Source: an uncultured Prochlorococcus sp.
Lineage (GTDB): Bacteria; Cyanobacteriota; Cyanobacteriia; PCC-6307; Cyanobiaceae
NCBI GenBank assembly: GCA_902518475.1
Contig: CABYGI010000004.1
Location: forward strand, 17,303-81,302
Direction: 5' to 3'
DNA: 64,000 nt
The notes under the pieces were generated by a model, which had not been told where the DNA came from, searched no databases, and worked only from the letters and a program-made list of their open reading frames with translations. The translations under genes and the position numbers were made by a program. Every line of letters begins with the position of its first letter. The stretch's first letter is position 1. Positions 53,577 to 64,000 of this stretch are shown here, one piece after another.

Positions 53577-54959
53577 TTATTTACCAATACAAAACTTAGA
53601 AAAAATATTATCTAAGAGTTCCTCTGTTAATTCTTGACCAGTTATTTTAGATAAGTTTTGAATTCCATCTCTCAGTTCAATTGATAACAAATCAAATGGC
53701 AATTTATTTTCAATTATTTCATCAGTATCATTTAAATTAGATAAGCAAGCAGACAAATTTGTTAAATGTCTTTCGTTTAAAAATATATTGATATTTTCTA
53801 CTTGTTTTAATCCGCATTTTTTTATGATTGTGTCTATTAATAATCTTTCACCATCATTATTCTTAATACTCATAACAATTATGTTTTTTAACTCATTTGA
53901 ATTAATATTTTTGCAATCAATTAAATCTTTTTTATTGCCCAAAATAGTAATTAATTTTTCTTTGGGAATTTCTTGTATTATTTTTTTATCTTCTTCATTA
54001 AATCCTTCATCAAGACTATAAATATAAATTATAAAATCCGACTCTTTTATTTTCCTAAAACTTTTTTTAATTCCAATACTTTCAATTTGTTCATGAGTTT
54101 CTCTTATGCCAGCAGTATCAATTATTTTCATTGGAATATCATTAATAGTTAAATTAACTTCAATAACATCTCTAGTTGTTCCAGGAATATTAGTTACGAT
54201 TGCTTTCTCTTTTTTTGCAAGCAAATTTAATAAAGAGCTTTTACCAACATTTGTTTTACCTATAAGCGCAATGGATATTCCATTGTGAATATATGAATTT
54301 CTTTTTGCATTTTCTATTAGTAATTCTATTTTTTCTTTGACTTTTTTAATGTTTTTTAGATATTTGGTGTAATCAAAATCTGTGAAGTCTTCTTCAAAAT
54401 CAACTCTCGCTTCTATTTCGCAAAGTTGATTTATAAGGTCATTTTTAATATCATCAATTTTTTTCTTTATTTCTCCTTGAACCCCGCTAAAAGCTAACTC
54501 TGCTGATCTAGTATTGCTTGCATTAATTAATTGATTAATCGACTCGGCTTGAGTAAGGTCTATTTTCCCATTAAGAAAAGCTCTTTGACTAAATTCTCCT
54601 GGATTTGCAAGTCTAACTTTAGAATTACTAGATAATAATATCTTTAAAACTTTATTTACTATGATAATTCCGCCATGGCAATGAAGTTCAACCACATCCT
54701 CTCCTGTGAAGCTATTTGGTGATTTCATCACTAAAATTAAAACTTCATCTATAAATTTATTTTGTTTATTTTCCTGAATAAAACCACGAAAAACCCTATG
54801 TGATTCCCATGCATATTTAGATTTAGTTTGAACAATTTTTTTGCAAGAATTTATTGCGTCTTTCCCTGATACTCTTATTATCGCAACTCCTCCCTTCCCA
54901 ATACTTATAGCTGAAGCAATTGCGGCTATCGTATCTTCTGTAGTAACTATCGAATCCAT
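53577..54959 (-). CDS. mnmE: tRNA modification GTPase MnmE/TrmE
   Basis: [29 protein letters not shown] terminus. Confidence 0.97.
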   Translation of the reverse strand: MDSIVTTEDTIAAIASAISIGKGGVAIIRVSGKDAINSCKKIVQTKSKYAWESHRVFRGFIQENKQNKFIDEVLILVMKSPNSFTGEDVVELHCHGGIIIVNKVLKILLSSNSKVRLANPGEFSQRAFLNGKIDLTQAESINQLINASNTRSAELAFSGVQGEIKKKIDDIKNDLINQLCEIEARVDFEEDFTDFDYTKYLKNIKKVKEKIELLIENAKRNSYIHNGISIALIGKTNVGKSSLLNLLAKKEKAIVTNIPGTTRDVIEVNLTINDIPMKIIDTAGIRETHEQIESIGIKKSFRKIKESDFIIYIYSLDEGFNEEDKKIIQEIPKEKLITILGNKKDLIDCKNINSNELKNIIVMSIKNNDGERLLIDTIIKKCGLKQVENINIFLNERHLTNLSACLSNLNDTDEIIENKLPFDLLSIELRDGIQNLSKITGQELTEELLDNIFSKFCIGK

Positions 54960-55025
54960 CTCTCGCTTTGTTATGGATAATTAAGTAAGATTATCAAGAA
55001 TTTAATTTTGAAATTTTCTTTCTTA

Positions 55026-55469
55026 ATGAGATTTAAAAGAGATATTACCTATAAGAAAATTCTATCATTATTTAGGAATCAGAATGGAAGTCCTTTATTT
55101 AATGCTAAAGGTTTAGCTATAGGAGTATTTAGTGGTTGCTTTCCTTTTTTTGGTTTTCAGACTTTAATGGGGGTATTTTTGGCGAAAATAGCTAAGGGAA
55201 ATATTGTTCTAGCTGCAATTGGTACCTGGATCAGCAACCCTTTTACTTATATTCCACTTTATTATTTTAATTATAAAGTTGGTTCGATATTTTTAAATAA
55301 TCCTCCTAATAAAATTCTTGAAAAAAGTTTAGTTATTGATGACTTATGGAAACAAGGTAGAATTTTTTCCCTAAAATTACTCTTGGGTTCATGTTGTGTA
55401 GGTATTTTATTAGCTTTGATTTGCGGCAGTATTGTTTTCTTTACCTACAAGATAAAAAGTAAAAGATAG
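55026..55469 (+). CDS. DUF2062-family membrane protein
   Basis: GxAIGVFSGCFPFFG and TWISNPFT. Start is ATG 55026 or TTG 55008. Confidence 0.8.
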   Translation: MRFKRDITYKKILSLFRNQNGSPLFNAKGLAIGVFSGCFPFFGFQTLMGVFLAKIAKGNIVLAAIGTWISNPFTYIPLYYFNYKVGSIFLNNPPNKILEKSLVIDDLWKQGRIFSLKLLLGSCCVGILLALICGSIVFFTYKIKSKR

Positions 55470-55487
55470 ATTGATCTGATATTAAAA

Positions 55488-57797
55488 TTAACTTTGTCCA
55501 ACTCTGGCAATATCTAAAACATCTGCCATTGATTTAATTTGTTCAATTGTTTTGTGAAGTTGGTTATAACTTTCAAGACCTACACAAAGATTTATAATGG
55601 CTGGTTTACCATAAGCAGTTTTAACATTTGCATCGCTAACGTTTATACCTTTATCAGATAAACGCATGAGAATATCTTTAAGAATTCCAACTCGATCAAT
55701 TACTTCTATTCGTAGCTGAATTGGAAACTTATTATCGCCAGTTTTATTATCTTGATTCCAACCGACAGGTAATCTTCTCTCTATTGGAATTGGTATTACA
55801 TTTTCACAATCTTCCCTATGTATAGTTATCCCATGGTTGCCGAGCGACACAGTTCCGATAATATCCTCGCCTGGGAGTGGGGCGCAGCATTTACCTATTC
55901 TGTAATCGAGGCCTTCTATCCCGGAAATTGGTGATTTAGCTGCTGTATTAGATTGATTAGTGGATAAATTATTATTACTTCTAAGAGATTTTGCTATTTC
56001 AGAGTCAGAATCATTTTTTACATCTTCTGTCTGTAATTTTATTTCTTCTCTTAGTCTGTTTAATACTTGATGCAAAGTTAAACCACCAAAACCAAGAGAT
56101 GCAAGAAGGTCTTCAGTAGTTTTTAAATTACATCGATTTGCAACTTTTTTCATGGCTTCACTGGAAAGTAATGCTTCAAAACCGTTTCTGCCTACTTCTT
56201 TTTCAAGTAAATCTCTACCTCTTTTAATCGTTTCATCACGATGGCTTTTCTTATACCATTGGCGAATTCTATTTTTAGCAGTTGGCGTAACTACAAAGTT
56301 CAGCCAATCCAAGCTTGGAGTAGCATTATTACTTGTCAAAATTTCTATGAAGTCACCATTTTGAAGTGCTGTAGATAATGGAGAAAGCTTTTCATTAATT
56401 CTTATTCCATTACAGTGATTTCCAACTTCAGAATGGATTCTGTAGGCGAAATCTATCGCGGTAGATCCTTTCCTTAAACCAACAACATCTCCTTTTGGAG
56501 TGATCACAAATACTTCTTCATCAAATAAATCTTCTTTAATTGAAGCTAAATAATCATTATGATCTCGTTCATTACCTTCTTGTTGCCATTCTACTAGTTG
56601 TCTTAGCCAATTAAATCTCTCGGCATTACTTTTAGCAGGAGAACCACCCTCTTTATATTGCCAATGAGCTGCAATACCATATTCAGCAATTTGATGCATC
56701 GAAGTAGTTCTAATTTGAACTTCAATAGGTCGATGTCTTCCAATCACAGAAGTGTGTAAGGACTGATATCCATTGGGTTTTGGTAATCCTATATAGTCTT
56801 TAAATCTACCTGGAATTGGTTTGAAAGTATCATGAACAACTGCTAAAGCCCTATAACAACTATCTGAATTGTCCACGATAATTCTTAGGGCAGCAACATC
56901 ATAAATCTCGTGAAAATGTTTTTGTTGTCTTTCCATTTTGCTCCAGATGCCATAAAGATGTTTTGGCCTTCCTGTTATTTCAAAATTTTTCAAACCTGCT
57001 GAAATCAAGTTTTCCTTCATAAGATTCAAAGTTACTTTTAATCTTTTTTCTCTATCACTTCTTTTAACGGCGATTTGATCTTTAAGATCTAGATATTCTT
57101 TAGGCTCTAGGAATTTAAAAGCTAAATCTTCTAATTCCCATTTAAATCTGTTTATTCCTAGTCGATTAGCTAATGGTGCATAAATCTCTCTTGTTTCTCT
57201 CGCGATTCTTAGTTTTTTCTCATCATTTAGCCATTCAATTGTTCTCATGTTATGAAGTCGATCTGCAAGTTTTACTAAGACAACTCTGATATCGCTGGCC
57301 ATAGCCAAAAACATTTTCCTAAGATTTTCAGCTTGTGCTTCAGTCCTGTTGTTAAAGTGAATGCCGCCTAATTTTGTTACACCCTCTACAAGTATTTTTA
57401 CTTCTAATCCAAAATTTTTTTCTATTTCTGATAAATCAATGCCAGTATCTTCAACTACATCATGTAGAAGGCCTGCAGCAATAACAGATGAACTAGCACC
57501 TATTTCTCTAAGGAGATTTGCAACAGCAACCGGGTGGATAATGTATGGCTCGCCACTCGCGCGGAACTGTCCATCATGAGCTTTATAAGCAAGTTTAAAA
57601 GCCTTTACTATAAGGTTTTGATTCTCATCATTTTCTTTATTTGATTTTTCAAAATTATAAATATCTTTAAGAAGCCAATCTGGAATGTTTATTTGATAAT
57701 TCAAAGATTCACTTTCATATTTTTTATTTTCAGGCAAAATAGTTTTGGAAACTTCAATTTCGTTTTTTTCTTTTGAATTTGCAGCAGCCTCGGACAT
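55488..57797 (-). CDS. spoT: Bifunctional (p)ppGpp synthetase/hydrolase RelA/SpoT
   Basis: HD domain (LHDVVED), ADRLHN, KPNGYQSLHT, TGS and ACT domains. Confidence 0.95.
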   Translation of the reverse strand: MSEAAANSKEKNEIEVSKTILPENKKYESESLNYQINIPDWLLKDIYNFEKSNKENDENQNLIVKAFKLAYKAHDGQFRASGEPYIIHPVAVANLLREIGASSSVIAAGLLHDVVEDTGIDLSEIEKNFGLEVKILVEGVTKLGGIHFNNRTEAQAENLRKMFLAMASDIRVVLVKLADRLHNMRTIEWLNDEKKLRIARETREIYAPLANRLGINRFKWELEDLAFKFLEPKEYLDLKDQIAVKRSDREKRLKVTLNLMKENLISAGLKNFEITGRPKHLYGIWSKMERQQKHFHEIYDVAALRIIVDNSDSCYRALAVVHDTFKPIPGRFKDYIGLPKPNGYQSLHTSVIGRHRPIEVQIRTTSMHQIAEYGIAAHWQYKEGGSPAKSNAERFNWLRQLVEWQQEGNERDHNDYLASIKEDLFDEEVFVITPKGDVVGLRKGSTAIDFAYRIHSEVGNHCNGIRINEKLSPLSTALQNGDFIEILTSNNATPSLDWLNFVVTPTAKNRIRQWYKKSHRDETIKRGRDLLEKEVGRNGFEALLSSEAMKKVANRCNLKTTEDLLASLGFGGLTLHQVLNRLREEIKLQTEDVKNDSDSEIAKSLRSNNNLSTNQSNTAAKSPISGIEGLDYRIGKCCAPLPGEDIIGTVSLGNHGITIHREDCENVIPIPIERRLPVGWNQDNKTGDNKFPIQLRIEVIDRVGILKDILMRLSDKGINVSDANVKTAYGKPAIINLCVGLESYNQLHKTIEQIKSMADVLDIARVGQS

Positions 57798-57851
57798 TTT
57801 ATATTGCTTTAGATGTATTTTATTTAGGTCTAGAAAAATTTGCTATAAATC

Positions 57852-59450
57852 ATGGAAAAAAATAAAGAAAAAATTATTGTAGTTAAAAATCTTACTGTCA
57901 AATATGGTCTAAAACAGCAACCAATTATCAAAAATTTTAATTTAGAAATAGATAGTGGAGATCATTTGGCAATAATAGGACCTTCTGGATGTGGAAAGAC
58001 CACTTTTGCAAAAACATTAGTAAATATATTGCCTGAAAAGGCCACTTCTAAAGGATATCTATCGATTTCTAGTGTAGATCCTAGGAAAATAAACAACAAA
58101 GATGCACAATTATTTAGAAGAAAGAATTTTGGATTTATTTATCAAGACTCTATAAAAAAACTTAATCCCCTAATGAGAGTTGGGGATCATTTATATGAAT
58201 TATTTAAAACACATGATCAAACTAAATCATCTTTTGCTATTAAAAAATTAGTAAAAGAAGTTTTTCAAAAAGTCGGAATTGAAGAAAGTAGACTTGATTC
58301 ATTCCCACATCAATTTAGCGGTGGAATGAGACAGAGAGTTTCTATAGCAATGGCTCTTGCTTTGAAACCTAAATTATTAATAGCTGATGAACCTACAACA
58401 AGCTTAGATACCAAAACGAGTTTTGAAATTATGCAAGAAATAATTCATCTATGTAATGAATTTGATACAACTTTAATTTTAATTAGTCATGATATTAATC
58501 TTGCAGCAAAGTGGTGCAAAAAAGTTGTAATAATTGAAAAGGGATCGATTGTTGAAAAAGGGAATATATTAGATATTTTTCAATCACCAAAATCAGATAT
58601 CGGTAAAAAGTTAGTAAATGCTTCAAAAATAGTATTAGAACCAAACACTAAAAATAATGCACGAGATGCGGTCGTTCTAGAGGTAAATAACCTAAGACAT
58701 TGGTATAAATTAAATTCTTCAATTTTCATTAATAAATGGAATAAGGCTTTAAATGAAGTTAGTTTCAAGTTATATGAAAATGAGACTCTTGGAATAGTTG
58801 GTTCTTCAGGGAGTGGTAAAAGTACATTATGTAGGGCTTTAATTGGACTTCTTAAAGTAAGAGGTGGTGAAATCAAAATTTATGATAAAAATCATGCATC
58901 GAAAAAAAATAAATTTTTTAATAAGAACAATAAAGTGCAAATTATTTTTCAAGACCCTTTTTCAAGTTTGAATCCGAAAATGACGATTATAAATATTTTG
59001 GAAGATATATTTTTTATTCAAAAAATTTCAGATAAAAGAAAAATCGAACAAGAAATAAAATTAATGTTAAGAAATTTAAATCTTCCCTTAAATAATGATT
59101 TTTTTAATTCTTATCCTAACCAATTGTCTGGTGGTCAATTGCAAAGAATTTCATTGGCCAGGGCGCTATTGTTGAAGCCAAAAATTTTAATTTGTGATGA
59201 GAGCTTAAATATGTTGGATGCTTCAGTAAAAATAGAGATTCTTGAATTACTAAGAGTCTTTCAAGAAAAAATGAATTTAACGATTATTTTTATTACCCAT
59301 GATTTAGGCATTGCTAAAAGATTTTGTAATAGGTTGCTAGTTATGAATCATGGAAAGATAGTTGATGAAGGAGAAAGTTCTACAATATTCACTAAAACTC
59401 AAAACCCGTATACAAAATCACTTCTAAATTCCTCTTTAAATCTCATTTAA
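57852..59450 (+). CDS. Fused double-NBD ABC ATPase, peptide/nickel (DppD/F) family
   Basis: Two Walker A motifs (GPSGCGKT, GSSGSGKS); signatures FSGGMRQR and LSGGQLQR. Confidence 0.92.
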   Translation: MEKNKEKIIVVKNLTVKYGLKQQPIIKNFNLEIDSGDHLAIIGPSGCGKTTFAKTLVNILPEKATSKGYLSISSVDPRKINNKDAQLFRRKNFGFIYQDSIKKLNPLMRVGDHLYELFKTHDQTKSSFAIKKLVKEVFQKVGIEESRLDSFPHQFSGGMRQRVSIAMALALKPKLLIADEPTTSLDTKTSFEIMQEIIHLCNEFDTTLILISHDINLAAKWCKKVVIIEKGSIVEKGNILDIFQSPKSDIGKKLVNASKIVLEPNTKNNARDAVVLEVNNLRHWYKLNSSIFINKWNKALNEVSFKLYENETLGIVGSSGSGKSTLCRALIGLLKVRGGEIKIYDKNHASKKNKFFNKNNKVQIIFQDPFSSLNPKMTIINILEDIFFIQKISDKRKIEQEIKLMLRNLNLPLNNDFFNSYPNQLSGGQLQRISLARALLLKPKILICDESLNMLDASVKIEILELLRVFQEKMNLTIIFITHDLGIAKRFCNRLLVMNHGKIVDEGESSTIFTKTQNPYTKSLLNSSLNLI

Positions 59451-60402
59451 CTTTAAGAACACTTAGTAATTTTTGAAAATCTAATGGTAATTCTGATTCA
59501 AATATCATTTCTTTACCATTTATTGGATGTACAAGTCCAAGCTTGATGGCGTGTAAAGCTTGGCCATCTAATTTACAGGGTAGTTTTTTACATCTTCCAT
59601 ATAATGGATCACCCACAATTGGATGATTAATATGAGCGCAATGAACTCTTATTTGATGCGTTCGCCCCGTATCTAGTTTGAAACTCATTAATGAGTAATT
59701 GCCAAATCTTTCTTCTAATTTCCAATAGGTACAGGCATACCTTCCTGAAGTTTCTTCAACTACTTTATATTTCAATCTATTTAATTTATCTCTGCCAATG
59801 TGTCCCACTATTTGGCCTTCTTCAGAATTAGGCGCTCCATGAATTACTGCAATATATTCGCGTGATGCTATTTTTTCTTTAATTTGTTTCTGGAGATTTA
59901 CTAATGCCTCTTGGCTTTTTGCAACCACCATACATCCAGAGGTATCTTTATCTAATCTGTGAACAATCCCAGGTCTTAATTTTCCATTAATTCCAGGCAG
60001 ATCTTTACAGTGAAAAAGTAATCCATTCACTAAAGTTCCAGATTTGTGTCCAGGGGCTGGATGAACTATTAGACCTGATTGTTTATTGATGACTATGATG
60101 TGCTCGTCTTCAAAAAGGATATTTAAATCCATTTTTTCAGGTTTCAAATAAATAAGAGGTTCTGGAGGAGGCATCCATATTTGAACATTGTCGCCATTTT
60201 TTAATGGGGTCTTTGCTTTTGCGGTCTTATAGTTTACTAGTACCAAACCTGAATTTATAAAATGTTGAATTCTTGCTCTACTTTGTTCTGGCCTTTTACT
60301 TACCAACCATCTGTCTAGCCTCATAGGCAGAGGTTGCTCATAAATAATTTCTATAAGCTCACCTTCTCCAATGCCGAAAGAATTTTGATTATTTAATTCC
60401 AT
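59443..60402 (-). CDS. rluD: RluA/RluD-family pseudouridine synthase
   Basis: S4 domain, HRLDKDTSG, GRTHQIRVH. Confidence 0.9.
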   Translation of the reverse strand: MELNNQNSFGIGEGELIEIIYEQPLPMRLDRWLVSKRPEQSRARIQHFINSGLVLVNYKTAKAKTPLKNGDNVQIWMPPPEPLIYLKPEKMDLNILFEDEHIIVINKQSGLIVHPAPGHKSGTLVNGLLFHCKDLPGINGKLRPGIVHRLDKDTSGCMVVAKSQEALVNLQKQIKEKIASREYIAVIHGAPNSEEGQIVGHIGRDKLNRLKYKVVEETSGRYACTYWKLEERFGNYSLMSFKLDTGRTHQIRVHCAHINHPIVGDPLYGRCKKLPCKLDGQALHAIKLGLVHPINGKEMIFESELPLDFQKLLSVLKVK

Positions 60403-61265
60403 AGTGGGACTTCTAAAGCAATTTTACCCAGCATTTGATTTCTATAATCTTCCAATAACTTATAAGACATTCTCCTTTTATCACCTGAGGTATGTTTTGA
60501 AGCTGCTTCTTTGATCCAAGCAGAAGGACTCTTAAAGCCTTTGTTAATATCAACTCCATATCTGTTAGATATTTGTTTAACTGAGATGTTCGCATTCTTA
60601 TCTTTGTTGAGAGTGGATATAATTTTGATAAACCCAATTGCGACACTCTCTATTTCATAAGCAGCTTCACCAATATCGTCACACAGTGCAAGATTAAGTG
60701 CTGATTTTTGATCTTCTAAATTTGGAGGTATAACACCAGGAGCATCTAGCAGATCTATACCACTTTCTAATTTTATCCATCTTAAATTACGAGTCACGCC
60801 TGCTTTCCTAGCGCTATCTACAACTCTTTTTTTTGCAATTCTATTGATTAATGCTGACTTTCCTACGTTTGGAAAACCAAGTGTAAGGGCTCTAATTGGC
60901 CTAATTCGCATTCCTCTAGAGAGTCTTCTTTCATCGATTGACGACCTAGAATCTTTGGCTGACTTACAAATTTCTTTAATCCCTATTCCTTTTTTAGCAT
61001 CACACCAAAGAGGGTATTGATCTTTATCATTAAACCATTTGTTCCAACTATTGATTGTATGAGGGGAGATCATGTCTGATCTGTTAATAACAAGAATATG
61101 TTTTTTATTATTTATCCATTTATTTAAGTGTGGATGTCCTGTTGACAAAGGTATTCGTGCATCTCTAACTTCTATGACTAAATCTACTTTATTGATAACT
61201 TCAGATAATTTCTTTTCTGCTTTTGCGATATGGCCTGGGTACCATTGGATTTTGGGGATGTCCAC
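60393..61265 (-). CDS. ylqF: Ribosome biogenesis GTPase YlqF/RbgA
   Basis: IQWYPGH, DARIP, GFPNVGKS, DAPG; GTG start. Confidence 0.94.
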   Translation of the reverse strand: MDIPKIQWYPGHIAKAEKKLSEVINKVDLVIEVRDARIPLSTGHPHLNKWINNKKHILVINRSDMISPHTINSWNKWFNDKDQYPLWCDAKKGIGIKEICKSAKDSRSSIDERRLSRGMRIRPIRALTLGFPNVGKSALINRIAKKRVVDSARKAGVTRNLRWIKLESGIDLLDAPGVIPPNLEDQKSALNLALCDDIGEAAYEIESVAIGFIKIISTLNKDKNANISVKQISNRYGVDINKGFKSPSAWIKEAASKHTSGDKRRMSYKLLEDYRNQMLGKIALEVPLWN

Positions 61266-61477
61266 TTCAATAAATCAAATAAAATTTTGTATTCCTTTTA
61301 GTTTTTATAAGTTTCAAAAGTATTTACTTTTAAATTTTAGTATAAATTTAATAACTAAAAAATTTTTAAAATCCTTAATTCTTAAAATTTATTAAGGCAT
61401 AGGTAACAGTAACTACTTTTTAACCCAATAAGCACAAATAAACGTTAGGGTCTTAAAATTGAAAATAGGCTTGTTTA

Positions 61478-62686
61478 ATGTCAAAATTATCTCTTTCCAA
61501 TCTTGATAAGACCAATCTAGAAGGAAAAAAAGTTCTTGTTAGAGTAGATTTTAATGTTCCATTAAATGAAGATGGTCAAATAACTGACGATACGCGTATT
61601 CGTGCAGCGATCCCAACTATTGAATACCTTATTAATCATTCTGCAAAAGTTATTTTAGCTGCTCATTTTGGGAGACCAAAGGGTAAGGTAAATGAAAAAA
61701 TGAGATTAACTCCTGTAGCAGCAAGATTAAGTGAATTGTTGGGCCAAAATGTTGCTCTTACTAACAGTTGTATTGGTGATGAAGCAGTTGCACAATCAAA
61801 TAGCTTATCTAATGGAGATGTTCTTTTACTTGAAAATGTTCGTTTTTTTGGTGAAGAGGAAAAGAATGATTTGGATTTTGCTAAAAATTTAGCCTCACAT
61901 GCAGATATGTATGTAAATGATGCTTTTGGTGCTGCTCATAGAGCTCATGCTTCGACGCAGGGAGTTACTAATTATTTAAGTCCATCAGTAGCGGGATTCC
62001 TTTTAGAAAAAGAATTGAAATACTTGCAAGGAGCAATAGATGCCCCTAAGCGCCCATTGGCAGCAATTGTTGGAGGATCAAAGGTTAGTAGTAAAATTGG
62101 AGTGCTCGACTCTTTACTAGATAAATGCGACAAAATTATGATTGGTGGAGGTATGATTTTTACTTTTTATAAAGCAAGAGGTTTAGATGTAGGAAAGAGT
62201 CTTGTAGAAGAAGATAAACTTGAGCTTGCTAAAGATTTAGAGGCAAAAGCAAAGGCAAAAGGAGTCGAACTATTATTACCCACTGATGTCGTTTTAGCTA
62301 ATGAATTTTCTCCAAACGCCGAAAGTAAAATATCTCAAATTGATTCAATTAGTGGTAATTGGATGGGTCTTGATATTGGTCCAGATTCTATTAAAGTTTT
62401 TCAGAATGCTCTTGCAGAATGTAAAACAATAATTTGGAATGGACCAATGGGAGTTTTCGAATTTGATAAATTCGCAGAAGGTACAAATGCAATTGCTACG
62501 ACTCTTGCAGATTTAAGTGCTTTTTCTGAAGTTTGTACAATAATTGGTGGTGGAGATTCAGTTGCGGCAGTAGAGAAAGCAGGATTAGCTGAGAAAATGT
62601 CTCATATATCTACGGGAGGTGGAGCCAGTTTGGAACTTTTAGAAGGTAAAATTTTGCCTGGTGTAGCTGCTTTAAACGACGCTTAG
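61478..62686 (+). CDS. pgk: Phosphoglycerate kinase
   Basis: [31 protein letters not shown]. Confidence 0.98.
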   Translation: MSKLSLSNLDKTNLEGKKVLVRVDFNVPLNEDGQITDDTRIRAAIPTIEYLINHSAKVILAAHFGRPKGKVNEKMRLTPVAARLSELLGQNVALTNSCIGDEAVAQSNSLSNGDVLLLENVRFFGEEEKNDLDFAKNLASHADMYVNDAFGAAHRAHASTQGVTNYLSPSVAGFLLEKELKYLQGAIDAPKRPLAAIVGGSKVSSKIGVLDSLLDKCDKIMIGGGMIFTFYKARGLDVGKSLVEEDKLELAKDLEAKAKAKGVELLLPTDVVLANEFSPNAESKISQIDSISGNWMGLDIGPDSIKVFQNALAECKTIIWNGPMGVFEFDKFAEGTNAIATTLADLSAFSEVCTIIGGGDSVAAVEKAGLAEKMSHISTGGGASLELLEGKILPGVAALNDA

Positions 62687-62687
62687 G

Positions 62688-63422
62688 CTAAATCTTATCA
62701 ACAATTTCGATACTTTTTGTGAAAGTAATCATTCCTTGTGGGTGAGCTATGATACCTGACCAAATTTGGACCCCTGGTTTTGAAGGTGCTCTTGTCATTT
62801 TAAAAATCCCCCCAGAAGCTAGTGGCTCCAATAGTATTTCTTGTTCAAAAAATGAATTTGCTTGATGAGGTTTTATTGCTCCAGCAATAATCACTTCTTC
62901 AAGTGGCTTATCTAAAATAACATCGATATCATATTTTGAACCAGTAAGAACTTTATCAGGGATTTGAAAATTAATATCTATCTTCTTATCATCATTCCTT
63001 ATTGTTGTGAATAAATTTTTAATGGCACCTTCATCAATTTTTCCATTTAGGATTGAAAAAATATAATCAAAATTGGATTCGAGTAAATGTATTTTCCCAT
63101 TAACTATTTTTTCCCCTGAAACTTTTATTCTTAAAATTTCTTTATGTGGAATATTCGATTTTAATTTTTTGATCTTCCATTTGCTGTCAGGAAAATCATT
63201 AACAATTTTTGAAAACTGTTTTGGTATATTTTGGTTTTCATCATTTCTAAAATTTTTTTTAATAAATTCTAAATCTCGCTTATTTAATGAGTTTTCCAGA
63301 TTTCTTATAAAATCAACTTTTAAAGTTTCCGTTATTGCTGAATAGGGAATAATGAGATAAATAAGTAAGTAGAGAGGGACTCCTATATTTTTGAATAAGT
63401 TTAAATTAGACATATTTATCAT
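62688..63422 (-). CDS. Hypothetical exported protein (possibly NTF2-like N-domain)
   Basis: Hydrophobic N-terminal segment and a conserved-looking C-terminus GGIFKxxRAPxxPG-WS. Start uncertain. Confidence 0.7.
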   Translation of the reverse strand: MINMSNLNLFKNIGVPLYLLIYLIIPYSAITETLKVDFIRNLENSLNKRDLEFIKKNFRNDENQNIPKQFSKIVNDFPDSKWKIKKLKSNIPHKEILRIKVSGEKIVNGKIHLLESNFDYIFSILNGKIDEGAIKNLFTTIRNDDKKIDINFQIPDKVLTGSKYDIDVILDKPLEEVIIAGAIKPHQANSFFEQEILLEPLASGGIFKMTRAPSKPGVQIWSGIIAHPQGMITFTKSIEIVDKI

Positions 63423-63454
63423 TTATTATTTTTATTCTACTAATTTCAGTTTTT

Positions 63455-64000
63455 ATGTCTAAAAAAAATAATTTATTAGTTGCAGCAAGTGGTACAGGAG
63501 GCCATATTTTTCCAGCTTTAGCAGTTTCTAAAGAGGTAGAAGAGGAATGGAATATTCATTGGTTGGGGGCTCGCCAAAGACTTGATGTAAATTTTATTCC
63601 CGAAAAATACAATTTAATTACTTTGAAAATAAAGACACCAAGAAAAAATATTTTTTTGTTTTATCAATATATAGAAATTTTAATTTCAACATTCCAAATA
63701 ATTAGTATCTTAAAAGAAAAAAAAATTAACTTGGTTTTTACTACTGGGGGTTATATCTCTGCTCCTACTATTGTTGCTTCAAAGCTTCTCAGGATACCTA
63801 TCATTATTCACGAATCAAATTTAATTCCAGGAATGGTCACGAAATATTTTGGTTTTTTGTGTAACTATGTTCTTTTAGGATTTAAGAAAACAAATTCTTA
63901 TTTGAGAAATTGCAGGACTATTTTCACTGGGACGCCTTTAAGACATCAATTCTATAAATCTAATCCACTACCAGAATGGGTTCCAAAAGGAAAAGGACCT
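63455..64000 (+). CDS. murG: UDP-GlcNAc:lipid I transferase MurG, 5' part (runs off the window edge)
   Basis: Manual translation: MSKKNNLLVAASGTGGHIFPALA, then TGGYISAP, HESN, GTPLR. Confidence 0.95.
   Translation, partial: MSKKNNLLVAASGTGGHIFPALAVSKEVEEEWNIHWLGARQRLDVNFIPEKYNLITLKIKTPRKNIFLFYQYIEILISTFQIISILKEKKINLVFTTGGYISAPTIVASKLLRIPIIIHESNLIPGMVTKYFGFLCNYVLLGFKKTNSYLRNCRTIFTGTPLRHQFYKSNPLPEWVPKGKGP

Overview
This is a very AT-rich (roughly 30% GC by eye), extremely compact stretch of cyanobacterial core genome. Gene content, protein sequences and streamlining point to a high-light Prochlorococcus marinus strain. It runs from a partial tmk to a partial murG and holds about 69 apparently intact genes: Cu-ATPase, ycf3, radA, rpaB-plsX-fabH-fabD-plsC, carotenoid genes (crtB, pds, a Z-ISO-like NnrU protein), four NDH-1 loci (ndhM, ndhF-D, ndhA-I-G-E, ndhH), cugP, metF, pedR, gltA, trpB, cysC, purE, chlM, a phylloquinone cluster, gshB-grx, prfB with its programmed +1 frameshift, argS, nadC, mnmE, spoT and pgk. 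I saw no rRNA, tRNA, CRISPR array, integrase, transposase, phage gene or defence island, and I cannot support a new multi-gene system here. The best leads are small-scale: a tandem-repeat amphipathic extension on PlsX, twin inverted repeats between purE and chlM, a loop-deleted (CC-adding type) tRNA nucleotidyltransferase, a His-rich loop in the Cu-ATPase, a small ORF overlapping pedR, and several candidate regulatory elements. All gene calls come from motif recognition and recalled family knowledge; no database search was run.
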